A stretch of DNA of 56,090 nucleotides from Prorocentrum cordatum. Lineage: Eukaryota. Location: assembly GCA_963575745.1 (NCBI GenBank), contig CAUYUJ010000113.1, forward strand, positions 62,001 to 118,090, given 5' to 3'. The notes beneath the pieces were generated by a model that worked only from the letters and a program-made list of their open reading frames with translations, searched no databases and was not told where the DNA came from. A program made the translations under genes and the position numbers. This document shows positions 41,471-54,197 of the stretch, piece after piece; the stretch's first letter is position 1, and each line of letters opens with the position of its first letter.

Positions 41471-44400
41471 ATGACGGATAACAGTAACAACAGTTACTCC
41501 CAATCAATCATTCCTACCTGGAGTGGCGACCCTGCCAAGTGGAGACATTACAAACAGGAGGTGGAGCTGTGGAATCCCACCGAAAACTTGGGAATCACCC
41601 GTAGCGTCGCGTCCAAACTCGTGCTCGAGTTCAGCGGGACAGCAGGAAGTGAAGCCCTCAGCATGACCGAGGACGAGCTGCACTCGCGACCTGCAGCAGA
41701 CGTCGAGGACGCGGGCGAGCAGAAGCGCAACAGGTTGGCATCGAGAGCCTCCTCCGGCATTTGGGGGCCAGCTTGGGTCAGCGGAAACCCGCGCAGACGG
41801 GCGACATGTTCGAGAGGTCTGCCGAGTCGTCATCGCCGACGAGGTGAACGCACGACGACGGGTTGGCTCATTCGGCTTCAGTCCGGTCTCCAGCAGCTAC
41901 GCGAGAACGAGATGGAACTCAACGCGCCGGACGACGTGGCAGGCCGGCTCCTACTACGCAAGGCGGGGCCCACCGCCGAACGACGCGAGCGAGTCGTGGG
42001 CCGCTTGCCAGACGAGCACTACGGGTGCCGGTGCATCCGTGGGCTGCCGGCGCGAATCCCCCCGGCCACCCACAGTTTAGAACGCCGCGCGCCGCCGCCG
42101 AGGCCCCGGAACAGGCAGTCGCGCCCGTCGGGCGGCAGGCGAGGCGCGGGCTCCAGGCTTCGAGCCGAGGTGGTCGCTCCACCGACGTCGTCGACGAGCC
42201 CGAGATCGACGGCGACGACGACGAGGGCGACGAAGGCGAGCGATAGCGACGCGCAGGACATCGCCCGCCAGGAGCCTAAGGCTTTCTCCGTCGAGCTCGA
42301 GTCTTCGAACCTGGACATCTCCGAATTGTTCGACGGCGACGACTCCGCCGAGGTCGTGGCCGCCGCGGCGGAGCTTGCCGCGATTCCCGAGGCCGTGGCA
42401 ATTGTCCGGTCGGCCCGGGAGGCCCTCGAGGGCCGCGGCAAGGCGGGCGACGACTCCGCGGCGTCGCGCTGCCCGGCGAAGCTCCAGAACCGCGTCGGCC
42501 AGCGCGAGAAAGCGCCCCAGTGTTTGGGCTGCGGCGAAACGGGGCACTGGGCGGGCGATAAGGGGCGCCCTGCGCCTGGCGCCCGGGGGCGGTTCCATGG
42601 GCGGAGGGCGAGGGGGCCAAGTCGACCGCAAGCGCCGCCAGGTGCGCATCGCTGAGCAGGTCCAGCTCGCGGACGAGGAGTCCCCCCGGCACCCGCTGGG
42701 GCCGGCGACGCCGCCCCCGGAGCGGCTGACTCGCCATCTGCCGAGCGCAGACGTTTCGGCCAGCGGTGGGAAGCTCGTGGGCGCGAGCATCGGCGTGATG
42801 GGCGCCGCCTGCCTCGTCTTCGACCCGGGCATGAAGTGGCATGAAGTGGCGCGAGAACTCCAGGGGCACCCTCGCCAAGATGGGCCCCGTGCCTCGCCGA
42901 TCAGATCCTCGAGGGGCCCGAGGACGAAGTCGGCGAACTCGGCGACGGACGCGCCCCCCCGAGCAAGCTGCGCGTCACCGCGCCACTGGCGCTCTGCGGT
43001 CAGGCTGCCCGGATCTCGTTCAGCGTCGCGGGCAGCCCCGCGCTCGGCCTGCTTGCCGGCCGGGATTTCACCCTTCCTTCCAAGATCGAGATTTCGCCCA
43101 GGAAGAGTCAGATCCGCATCGGGAACCGCGCCCAGAAGTTCATTCATCGCGATCAGCGCGGGCCGCCCCGCGATCAAATCACAGCCCGAGGGCTAGCAAG
43201 CCATAGAATGACGCTGGCGCCTAGATCCCTGCCGAGCCGACCAGGCGGTCCAGGGCGAAGAACTCCCCGGCCGTCAACGACGCGCCGAGGGCCGAGTCGC
43301 CAATCGAACCCATCAGCCAGTTCGTCGCCATGAACGAGCTGAACGTCCCAAGGCGTCTTCAACCTCGCCGACCTAGGGGTTCAAGGCTTCTGGCGGCTGC
43401 GTCGCCTGCCCCGGCGCGCGGAGTCGCGGCCGCCCCGGCGCCGCGACTCGCGCCGACGACGTCGCCGCCGCCAACTCACTCCGCGAAGCGCGTCGCCGAG
43501 CCGCTGCGCGACTGCGTCACCCGCGGGGAGAAGTCCCGCGAGGCCTGCGGCCGCCCGGGTTTCTGCTCGGAGCGCGCGCCTGGCGCGCCCGCGACCCTGG
43601 GCTGCGACGCCGAGGTGGCCGACCAGAAGGAGATCAACGTCGAGGACGAGAACGCCAAGAGTGGGGCGATGCCGCTGCTGGTCGCCAGCGCGTGCTCGGC
43701 GTTCGTCGCGGCATCAAGCCGCGCCAGGTCAGCTGGGCTTGGGTCGCAGACCCGGCCGAGTCCACTACAAGATCCAGCCGGAGCAGCACTGCATTAACTA
43801 TTCGAGTGGTGCTGCAGCCCGGACAGCGAGCCCAGTGCCCGCTGGATGAAGACTAAGAAGGGAGGAGCTGCTGTCGGACGTGGCCTTCTTGGCCACGGCT
43901 CATCACATCGCGTCGCGGTCAACGAGCCTGGGGGCGGGATCAGGCAGAGCCTTGCTGGCGGCAAGAGCCTGCGGGTTCGCGCTGCGTTCCCTCGCCGGCT
44001 GTGGACCTCTCTCCAGCGATCGACCCGGGCAAGATCCCTCAGCTCGAGCGGGGCCCGGCCAAGTCCGAGAGGATGATCGGCGCGCCCCTGCTGTCGATGT
44101 CCCGACTGCGCGTTGGAGTTCGGCGCCCAGCTCGCCGCCTCGCTCGAGTGGCAGAGGCGCCGCGACGGTTGGGCCCCAACAAGAATACGATCGCCGAGAA
44201 TCTGATGGAGCAACTCCCTCGAGTCATAGACTTCGACGGCCGCGCGTTCGACCTCGAGGCGAAGCGGGGGGTCCGCATTGAGAGACCGCGGGGGACTTGC
44301 GGGCCGCCGCGGATTCGACGACTCGCCGAGAAAGTCGCGCGACGGGTCGCGCCCTCGCGCAGAGGCCCGCGGCGCGGGCGCGAATAATAGCGAGAATTGT

Positions 44401-47400
44401 GCCCGCGCGCTCGCGACGGCGTTGGCCGGCCAGCTGCAGCGACCAAACCGTCGACCTCCACGGGGAGCTCACCCCACGACAGGAGGGCGAGGAGGATGGC
44501 TGCAGCTGCTGCAGCTCCTCAGAAACCAGCGCCCACGGCCGCGGTGGAGCGGGCGCTTCGGTCCGCCGTGGCGCAACTCCTCGCGAACACTAGGCATCTG
44601 TCCAACGACTTGCTGGCGCGGGCCATCCGCGGCGGATCGCAGAGAGCGGCCGAGATAGCGCTCAACCTCTATTGGGAAGTCTGTGCCGCATATCATCGAC
44701 CACTGCCTGCCTGGGCGGGCCAGGCTGGATCGCGGTTTCAACGACTCCATCGGGGCGGGCCTCTTCGCCTTGGCCGACTGCGCGGGCAGCCGGCTGATCT
44801 ATTTCAAAAGTCCGACATGACGCCAGGATGCACCATGTGCGGCGCGGCTGCCTCAAGGTGCCCATCCGTTGTTTTCGCTCGAGCATTGCATATTTGGATC
44901 ACGCCTTGCGGCGCGCCTCAGCGAGTTATATTCGATGGGGATGGCGAGTTCGAGCGGCTGCTCTCAGAGGAGCTCGGGGACGTGGATTGCCGCTCGATGG
45001 CGGCTGCGCCGCAACGAATCGCCACAGTGGGGCGACGTGGAGGCCTGTGGAAGGCACCCGCGAGGAGGCTGATCGACCTGTTCAGCATCAGGTTCGGCCG
45101 GCCCGACGTCGCCTACAAGATCCATCCAGTGGGCAGCCAGGTCAACTCCACGGGCAACTCGCCTTCGCAGTGGGCGCTCGGGCGAGGCCTCCGACCACCG
45201 CGCTCCATGCTGGAATGCGCCAGCGGGTTCGCCCTGCGCGAACGCATCGCGCCCGACAAGCTGTTCTCGGAGAAGATCGCCATCGCGAGGGCCGCCCAGA
45301 CGCCCGCCCAGCAGCTGACGTTCAACGGGCCCCTTTCCAGGGCACCGCTGGACCGATCTCGGGCTGGTGGAGCTCAGCGAGCCGCCGACGCGTGCAAGAC
45401 GGGCGACCAGGTGCACTGGAGAGGCAACGGCGCGCCCAATAGGGAGTGGGACTTGCAGGGCGTCATCATCGGCTTCGAGGGCGCCGCCGACTTCTGGGTC
45501 AGCCACCGCTCCGCGGCCGCGAAAGTCAACCGGGAGCACCTGCGCCGCGCCGCGGCGTCGGAGCTCGCGCCGTGGAGCCAGGTGCTGAGTGCGCTGAACG
45601 GCGCCCGGCCGCCGGGCCCGCCCCCCGGCGACGCGCTGGGAGCGCGCCCCCCGCCGCTTCCAGGTCTTGGAGGAGCAGGAGGCGGAGGCGGTGGCCCGCC
45701 GCTTCCTGGGCCAGAAGGAGTAGATGCATCTGCATTCCAGGAGACGACGAGGGCACCTTCCTCGACCTCTCAGGCCCTGCACCGCAGGGGCGACCTCGAG
45801 CGGAGGCTGGACTTCGACGGCCTCCAGCGCCACCAGCGCCGCTTCAACGAGAAGCCACGCCCGCGCATCATCTCGGCAACATTGACGACGCCCAGGCGAA
45901 TCGCGCCCACTAGTTCGCCGAATGGTTAGCGCGCAAGCAGGGCGACGCCGAGCCCAAAACCGGCGGAGGAGCCGGCGGCTGTGGAGGACCGGCCCCGCCG
46001 CCTTCGGGAGGCGACGTTGGGCGACAGCCGCCGCTGCCGCCGCCCGCGGAGCCGCCGCCTGTGGCGCCCGCCATGGGCCCAAGCTCAGGCGACGCTGCCG
46101 CCCCTGCTGCCGCTCCGGACGCAGACCCCGCGGCTTCCCAGCCACCAGAACCAGCGCCTCAAGGTCCAGTCGACGACCGGGGCGACCAGGGCAACAAGCC
46201 CGACAGTTCTGGATTGGCCATGATTCGAGAATGGCAGAACATAGCGGAGGAGCAGACGCGCCAGGAAGCAGTATTTAAGGCGCCCGCTGGGTGCCTGGGG
46301 CCAGTGCGGCGTCGAGACGCAGCGCCGGCTGCATCGGGAAAACGCCGCGCAGGCGCTTCAGCGTGACCGCCGAGAGGAGCTCGACCTGCGCGAGCGAGCT
46401 ATCAAGCACAAGGAGCTCTTGGACGACTTACTCATGTGCTTGAAGAGGCCAAGGGGCACCTGCAAGGTCGATCTCCACCTGGACAAGTACTTCCGGGCGC
46501 GCGCGGACGAGCTCCACTCAACTACCCGACTCCGTCAGGTCATGCTCGCGGGAAGCGCGACCGCCGAGGAGTTCAAGCATGGCGACCTCAGCGCCAAGGC
46601 GAAGAAGAACATGGGCGTCGCCACGAAGACCGAGTGGTCCAAGTGGACGGAGTTCGGCGCCCACAAGAAGCCCCCGCCCAAGTAGTTGAAGGAGCCCCTG
46701 CGGCGCAACCTTGGCATCCGCCCGGCGGGCGCGCGCTGGGCGTTGACCAGGGAGGGCGAGGTCGCCATGCAGGCCCGCCTGGTCGCCCAGGGCAGCCAAG
46801 AGGACAAGTCGCAGATCAGGGCGGGCGCGCCTGCGGGGTCAAGGGGCGCCTTGTGCCTGACCTTGGCCGCCGCGGCCCAGAAGGGCCGGGGCCTTTCGTC
46901 CTGCGACGCGATGACGGCTTGCCTGCAGTCGGGGAACATCGAGAGGCTGCTGCATCGGCGCACGTCAGCCAAGGACCAACCGCCGGGGGCGCAGCCTGGC
47001 GAAGTCGCGATGGCAGCTGGCGCGATCGACGGGGCGCTCGACGCCGGTCGGCAGCGCCCCTCCCCCCCCCCCCGCGCAGAAGGTCTTCGCCGAGCACGGC
47101 TGCGTCGAGAGCAGACTCGAGAAGGGCCTCTGCTATTCTGCGACGAGAAGGGGCTCGCCGCTCTGGTCTACTCTCGCGCGGGCGACTTCCTGATCGCCGC
47201 GCGCAACGATTCCAGCCGCTGGAGATCCGCGATTTCGTCGATAGAAAAGCCGCATCTGGGGAAGGTCGAGGGGGCCATCAAGCATTGCGGACGCACCATC
47301 GCCGAGCTCGATGACGAGCTACGGGCGGCCCAGGCCACCGCCGAGATCTCGCAGACGGACCTAGTCGACCTGAAGGCCCAGCGCGGCCGAGGTGCAGAGG

Positions 47401-48170
47401 GCCGACTCACCGCCTCTGAGGCGTCGGGTTACCAGCGCGCGTTCGGGCAATTGCCGTGGCTCGCAATTCACACCCGGGTCGACGTCGCCTGCCCGGTGAG
47501 CTTTGCAGCTCGCCCCGCCAGCGCCGCTACTGTAGCCGACGCGAAGACCTTCAACAAGACCGTCGTCTACGTGCACTCCACCGCGAATTTCGCGATCGTG
47601 TACCAGTGAAACCTCGTCGACCTGGAGACCTGCATCGCCGCGTGCTTCAGCGACGCCGCGTTCGCCAAGGTGGGCGGGGTCGAGGCGATGGGGCTCGCCC
47701 GCCGCCCTTGGGACGTCGTCGGAGGTCGCTGCGATCTGCGCCCCCCGTGGCCTGGTTTTCAGGCGCGGCAGCAAGGGCCTCGCGCGCGCGCCCAGTTCGA
47801 CGTGGGCCAGTCCACGGACAAGCGGCCCTGCATCACCGCCTCCATGATCAAGGAGGCCGTGCATCCGAACAGCGCCCTGCAGCCCAGCTGGATTCCCACC
47901 TGGACCATGGTCGCCGGCGCCTTGCCGAAGGCGACGGAGGCCGGCGCGCCCCCATCACTCTCCGCAGCCCGCAAGCGCACCTGCGGCGCCAGGCAGCCGA
48001 ACGCTGCCATGCTCGCCTCTGTCCTGTTCACCTGCCTCGGCAAGGTCAAGGGGCAGCCCGCGCCGTCGCCGACGCCGCCCAACGACTGCGCTTTCCACTG
48101 CTACACGCGCAACATGACGGTGCTCACGTTGTTCGCGGGCACGACGATCGGTTTCGGCATCTTCGCAAGG
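41471..48170 (+). pseudogene. Copia gag-pol pseudogene
   Basis: gag IPTWSGDPAKWRHYKQEVELW; knuckle CLGCGETGHWAGD; integrase IFDGDGEFE..GNSPSQWALG; RT ARLVAQG..LPWLAIHTRVDVA; RNase H FSDAAF..WIPTWTMVAGAL; many frameshifts. Confidence 0.88.
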
Positions 48171-49337
48171 GCGCCAGCGGTTACGAGGCAGACCCGCCCA
48201 TTTGAGAAGGAGAACCCGTGCGAGCCAGGCACCGAGCGCACGGCGGTAGACGGCGAGCGCCGCGGTTGGGACGGGCGTCGTCTTGGCAGACGCAATGAGT
48301 CACCGAACCAGCCAACCCTTCCGGAGGTGCATGATGGCGACGAGGGCGTCCACATGCATCCTGCAGATGGCACTGGCAGCAGCATGCAGGCATCGAGCTC
48401 CTCATCATCCACCGCAGCAGCCGCCCCGCAGCCGCTTTTGCCGCCGCCTGCAAGCACTGCGACATCAGTGCCGGGAAGCAGAATATCAGCACCTATTTCG
48501 CCGCGCGCGATTTCGGTTTCGAGTTCATCAAGTACAAGTGTTGTTTCTTGGAACGGATCTACGCCGACAATGCCGCCGCTGGAGATGAACAGCTGCGCGA
48601 CCAACCACAGCGCGGTTATCTGGGGGCACGGTGCTCTGAGTGTCTGCATCAGCTGCAGGACCTGCAAGAAACATGCGTCATGGCTCCGTCGGCGCTACGC
48701 AACGCGTGAGCCGGATTTCTCGCATGTGCACAATTCGGCGAGGCGGGGCCTGATGGGTCGTTGGGGGAGGAGGCCCACTGGCAAAGAGTCAACCACGAAG
48801 AGCAACAAGGCCAAGACAACTTCCAGAGTGAATCTGCCCGCTGCCGTGCCTGTGCTAGTCGCTTCACTGACCCCGTCGACGCATGCCCGCAATGCAATTT
48901 GCCCCATGTCCGGTTGAGATAATTACATGTAAATCTGCACTGCCAGAGAAGAAGCTTCATTCAGTGTGCACAAGTTGTTTGATTCATTGGTGTGGTGACA
49001 ACCGCGCCGCTGCTGTTGACGTTCAGATCTTATCACGAGGGCGATGAGATAGCCGTTCCAAGCGCCCGCTTCGCCCCGCCGCTGGCCGAGAGAGAGAGAG
49101 TGTTTTTTTTGCAGGTTTGGGTAGCGCATCCAGCAATGGCCCCAAGGGCCCCCTGTTGCAAGCCGCGTGAGCCCGCTTGCCTACCATGGCCTCGACAGGC
49201 GCCGCGCCCGGCACTCTTCGCGCTGCCGCCGAATCACCTCGATAATTGGATCAGTTTTTGACGAAGCGAGGGTCCGTCGATGTGCCCGACATTCTCCGGC
49301 CACAGTCAGCGCCCTGTCGAGAGTCGTGCAGGTGGAG

Positions 49338-49515
49338 TGTGAGATTGAGCGTTCCCCCTCGCTCTATTCCCTTGCTTCCGCTGCGTGTCCGCTCGCTCTC
49401 ATGATGTCCACTCTGCCCGCAAGCGTTTTCCTTCAAGCATGGCCCATGGTTTCAGAGCTGCGCCATCCGCGCCGCCTGCAGGAATAGGTTTGATCAGCGA
49501 CCATTCCATATCACA
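49338..49515 (+). repeat. 3' LTR (178 bp)
   Basis: TGTGAGA...TATCACA, homologous to 40760-40939. Confidence 0.88.
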
Positions 49516-49600
49516 GGAGGAGAAGGAGAAGGAGGAGGAGGAGGATAGCCAGGTGGGAGAGGGGGATGGGGGGGGGGGGAAGGGAGGGGGAGGGGGGGGG

Positions 49601-49672
49601 GGGGGCTCGAGAAACCATTTGGTTCAAGGGGGCTCACGTAACCATTTTGGCCCAGGGGGGCTCGAGTAACCA
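49601..49672 (+). other. tandem relic spliced-leader-like repeats (~27-bp unit, 2.5 copies)
   Basis: CCATTTGGTTCAAG and CGTAACCATTTTGGCCCAGG vs dinoflagellate SL CCGTAGCCATTTTGGCTCAAG. Confidence 0.65.
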
Positions 49673-49758
49673 GGAAGTTCCATAACATATTCCGTTATGT
49701 TCTTACTGTTTCATTCCTTGCTCGTTGTTCCTACAGTACAAGAGCGTGTATTTTCAAT

Positions 49759-52700
49759 ATGTCAGCTTTCAACCAGATTAATGATCAAATCGAGTCAACG
49801 ATTAGGATTAGGATCATCTTCGCAACCGAAAAGAGGTCCCCACCGCTGAAGCAGCGTCGCATGGGGAAGGCCCAGGTGAGGTGAAGGCAGGCGCTTCGGG
49901 CGCTTCGGGGCGGACCGCTTCGCCTACGAGGAGGGCGCCCTTCAACAACCAACAGCTGACGTGGCTGGGGAACGCGGTGGCGCTATCGAACGAGGCCACA
50001 TTGCGGATCTTTGGGGCTCAGGTGGAGGGGCGTTTTGCGGCGCTCGAGACGTCGAACACCGACTTGCCCGAGAAGCTCGCTTCGCAGGACATGCGCCTTC
50101 AGCAGCTGGAGTCGCATATGTAGAGCGCGGGGGCATTGGGGCCCTCGGGGTGGTTTAATGAGTTCCAGGAGCAGATGAATAAGAAGGGCACGGTTCTCAA
50201 AGAGTTGCAGGCGAAGGTGGGGGAGGGGCGGCAGTTTTCGGTTTCTGCGTCGGGCTCGGCTACAGGCAGCACTTTGTCTGCGACTCTATGGGGCCAGCGC
50301 GCCAGTTTTACGATGGGAATTTCGGGGCGGGGCACTCACCGCAATGAGATCGAGAGGCGTTGTCGTGATGTGCTCTGGCGAGCTGGGGCTCCAGATCCGG
50401 CCAACCTCAAGGAGGCTGCCGATGCGCTCGGGTCAACCTGCGAGGCGGCGCGCAACGATCCGAAGGTGGGCCAGGTCATCCGGGATAAGATCGGGGAGGC
50501 ATCCATCAAGGTCGAGGGGCAACAGAAGACGGCACGGTTCGACTTGAAGAAGACATCGGAAGAGCTGCGCCCTGACAAGCTCATGAAACAGGCCTTCACG
50601 GATAGCCCGAGTTTGGAAGCAAAGGCGGGCCGGGGTCGGGAGGTGGAGGAGTGTAGGCGCAGCAAAAAGGTATAAGTCGGTTCTGTTCCCGTGGGGGAGG
50701 CGCGGGCTGGGTGGTGGCGCCGGCGCCCGGAAGGCCCGGGGCGCTGCCCCGACGATTGCTTAGAGGGGCTGGCGGCGAGGATCAATGCGTAAGACCAGTG
50801 GCTGCGGCACTCGGTCGTGGCCGGCCTGCTGTTTTGTTTGTGAACGCTCAGGGGAAAGCGAGAACAGACGAGCCAATCGCTGGACCATTGTGAGAAGCTG
50901 CTGCTTTGGCTGAGGGTCCGTGGCTGTTTCTGGCTATCGCGGAGGCTGATTATGTTCGTGGCGGGGCTGGCTCTGCCCGCATCTCTCCGAAAGGGCATGC
51001 TGTGTATGCATCGTCGATGAAGTTTGTTATGAATGCCTCTGTTGCGAGTTGTGTGACAGGCGATATGCCGTGGCAGGGTCGGTCTTGCAAGATCGATTTC
51101 CGTCTCTGCTTGCACTCGTCCTTGAGTGATTCGGTTGAGGTAGTTCTCATAATGGTTATTACTCATGGGTCCCATGGCCAGTAGTGGCATAATCCATTAG
51201 GCGATGTATTTTCCTGGCTAAGGCCTCACGGCCGGTGCCGCCTACTTTTCCTCGGGCAAAGTCATGCGGTGCAGATTTAAGTGTTTCGTCTGGCAACGCT
51301 ACAGGGTTAATGCATCCTCTGGTCTGTCCCCGCCGGACTACAAACGCAAGTGTACACAAAGTGTAGACAATTGCTCAGGTACATCATGTGGACATGCGCT
51401 GTCCAAGGGAAAACTGAAAGTGCGGAGTATGTAACGCATGAAGGTATATCAAATGTTGGCCGTAAGACGGGGCCAGCGACCTAGCAGATCAGGTGTCGTC
51501 TCTCTTCTGCGCAGCACATGTGGACCGTAGCGCGGGGCCCACTCCCTAGCACAAACGAGGCCTCCGCCGTCGGAGAGGCAGGGCCGAGCTCGCGCGCCCA
51601 ACCGGTTTGCCACGCACCACCTCGGAAGACGAGGGGGGGCAGGGGCAGCAGGCAGACCTCGAGGCGATTGGGCAGAAACTGGTCCAGAACGCGTCCTGGG
51701 ACCCGGACTCGGAAGATACGAATTCCCAGGAATTCGCATCCGGTGCCGCCTACCCTGAAGACGACGAAGATGAAAACGAGGGCGAGGAGGGGCAGGAGGA
51801 GGAGGATGTAGAGGAGGAGCAAGAGGAGGGGGGCAAGGGGGGGGGGGGGGGGGGAGGAAAGCAGGAGGAGGAAGGATTGAGGCAGAGAGGACGGGGTGAG
51901 ATTACGCAGAGCAGGATGAGGAAGAGTAGAGGAGGAGGAGAGGAGGAGACGAAGAGGAAAGGGAGGGGGGAAGAGGAGGAGGAGAAGGAGGAGGAGAGGA
52001 GGAAAGGAAGAGAGCCCCCCCAACGATAGTCCACACCTGCTACCTCCCACCCCGTTCCCCCCCCCCCGGCCCCCCCCCCCGACGGGGGAGGGATCAAAGA
52101 GGGGGGGGCTTTCTTTTGACGTGGTTACGACGTGGGTCAATTTCCCTCGGGGCCGCTAGAACACTGCAGCGACGGCGACAACGAGGACGAGGACGACCAA
52201 CCCCTCACACACGCCGACACAGGGTCGAGGGATTCAGCGAAGGCTGGGCTACGGATGGTTGTTTTTGGACTGCTGGTTTCAATGCGAATGGGAACGCTCA
52301 GTTTGATGCGGCCGCTGCTGATGTCGCGGACTTCGGGGCTGGGCCACTCCTGCGCGATTTCGGCGGCGGCGCCTCGAATATCGCATGTTCCAGGTGATAC
52401 ATGGATTGACCATTGTTTTGCATCAAAGGGGCCTTGGGTTGTCTGCTCATTTGAACTGGGAGGGCAGTCCAGGAGACCACAGGTGGGTAGTCGCCCAGAT
52501 GCCGGCTTGCGCGTCTTCTGTTTCATCTGGTCGCTGGACTTGGCGCTGCGAAGACCCGGCGGTGCACGGCCGCGACTTGGATAGCATCGACGTGGCGGAG
52601 TTGGCCACGGTCGAGGCCATCATCGGTGCAGCCACCGACGTCATGGACCGACATCGATCAGCAGCGACTTGCTGGGACATGCGACGCATGCGCGAGCCGA

Positions 52701-53766
52701 TGCAGATCAAGGACCTTCGCCGGCGCTTTTTGGGTTTGTCTGAGCCTAGTCCAGAGTGCTGGTCTGAGGCGCCTTCTCCATGACATGAGGAAGGTGTGGT
52801 TCCAGAAATCCAGGGACATGGAGACTGCGTCGGCGCGCCGTGCCCGTCGTGCTACAGGGCGGAGGCGCTCCGGCCTGTTTAACATTCATCGCGTGAAGGT
52901 GAACGGCCCCATCACGGTGGACAAAGGTGATTGGGCCGATGCGTGCCAGAAGGAATTCGAGCACCGATGAGATGGTACCTCCGAGGAGAACGTTGCGCTA
53001 TGGAAGCGCAAGGATGTCCAGGGCTTGTTGGTTGGTGCACGACCAGTGGACGCAGATGCGACTAAGGAGGCCATTAACCTGGCTTGCCGCGAGGGTCGCG
53101 GCATCTCGCTTGACAACGTCGGCCTCTGCCCCGCTGCCTTGCTGTCGGGGGCAGGGGCTCGCTCATGAGCAAAGCCCCTAAACATGCTGTTGATTAATGA
53201 CTTGGGATGGGATGATGTACCATTACGCGGGCATGTCAAGTGCAAGGTTGACGGCGCCGTCGAGGCGAGAAATACGAGGGCAATTTGTCGCCAAAACTCG
53301 CCGTGAAAGATTGACCATTACTGCGTGATGGGGGCGGATTTTACGACAGCGGGTGGATGGAGCGAGCGCCGGGGCGCGAACGTCCTGGTCTTGGCGGGAT
53401 CCAGGGGTCGTCAACCTCTCGACATGATTCTCGCGGTGGGCCAGGTGGTGGAGCAGGGCCTCGACAGGTTCAACGAGGGCGCTGCGGCCATAAGTGGCAT
53501 TGCGAACTACCGCGACACAGTCAGCTGGCCGTTTCCGGCGCGCGGCAATTGCCCAGAGAGGGGTGCGGGGCGATGACGCGATGATTCTGCTCGGGCCCCG
53601 CGTCCGGCCAACGCCCCATCTGTCAATTGAGGGCCAGCTCACTGGACTTCTGCCGCGCCGGCGTGAGCTTTGGACGGGCGCGCTGGCGGCTGGCACGATT
53701 GCAGGGTGGCCAGTGGAGGACGCCCTAGGGCGAGCTGGTTTATGGCTCGTGGTGAGCCCGAGGTAA
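49759..53766 (+). mobile_element. decayed, 3'-truncated LINE-like retrotransposon (ORF1, endonuclease, partial RT)
   Basis: Coiled-coil ORF1-like frames 49881-50675; endonuclease-like WIDHCF..GDH (~52400-52480); RT-like NTRAIC, RGRQPLDM..VVEQGLD..IANYRDTVSW; purine-rich stretch at 51760-52015. Confidence 0.6.
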
Positions 53767-53879
53767 GGTTTTTTCCCCATATCCTAAGGATTGGGGTTCT
53801 TGTTATTACTCTGACGCCTCCCACTCCTCCTCCTCCTTCTTCCTCCCGCTCGCGCCCCCCTCCTCCCAATGATAATCGC

Positions 53880-54197
53880 CAGATAAGGCAAGACAGTATA
53901 AGATACTACAAGATAAGATAAGATAGCACAAGATATGATAAGGTAAGATAAGATATATGACAAGGTAGGATAATAGATAAGATAAGACAGCCTATGGAGT
54001 AATAATATAAGACAAAATATGATGCGATAAGATGAGTTGATAAAAGATAAGCTAAGACAAGATAAGAGATTTCAAGATAAGATAAGATAAGATAGAGGGT
54101 AATAATGGTAAGATAAGATCGGACTCGATAAGATAAGATGAGACTCGCTCTCACTCAGACTCACTCACAGTCACATTCACTCACACTCACACTCTCT
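53880..54197. repeat. (AGATA)n followed by (ACTC)n microsatellites
   Basis: Directly visible. Confidence 0.85.

Larger units (their letters stand above)
40760..49515 (+). mobile_element. old full-length Ty1/Copia LTR retrotransposon (decayed), 8.76 kb
   Basis: LTRs 40760-40939 and 49338-49515; GGAGG on both sides (40755-40759, 49516-49520) as TSD; PBS-like TGGTAGC at 40941; domain order gag-PR-INT-RT-RH. Confidence 0.9.

Noticed and set aside
48219..49337. Longer 3' LTR starting at TG 48219 or 49101 after purine runs
   Set aside because: Homology to the 5' LTR, the inverted termini and the TSD define the LTR as 49338-49515
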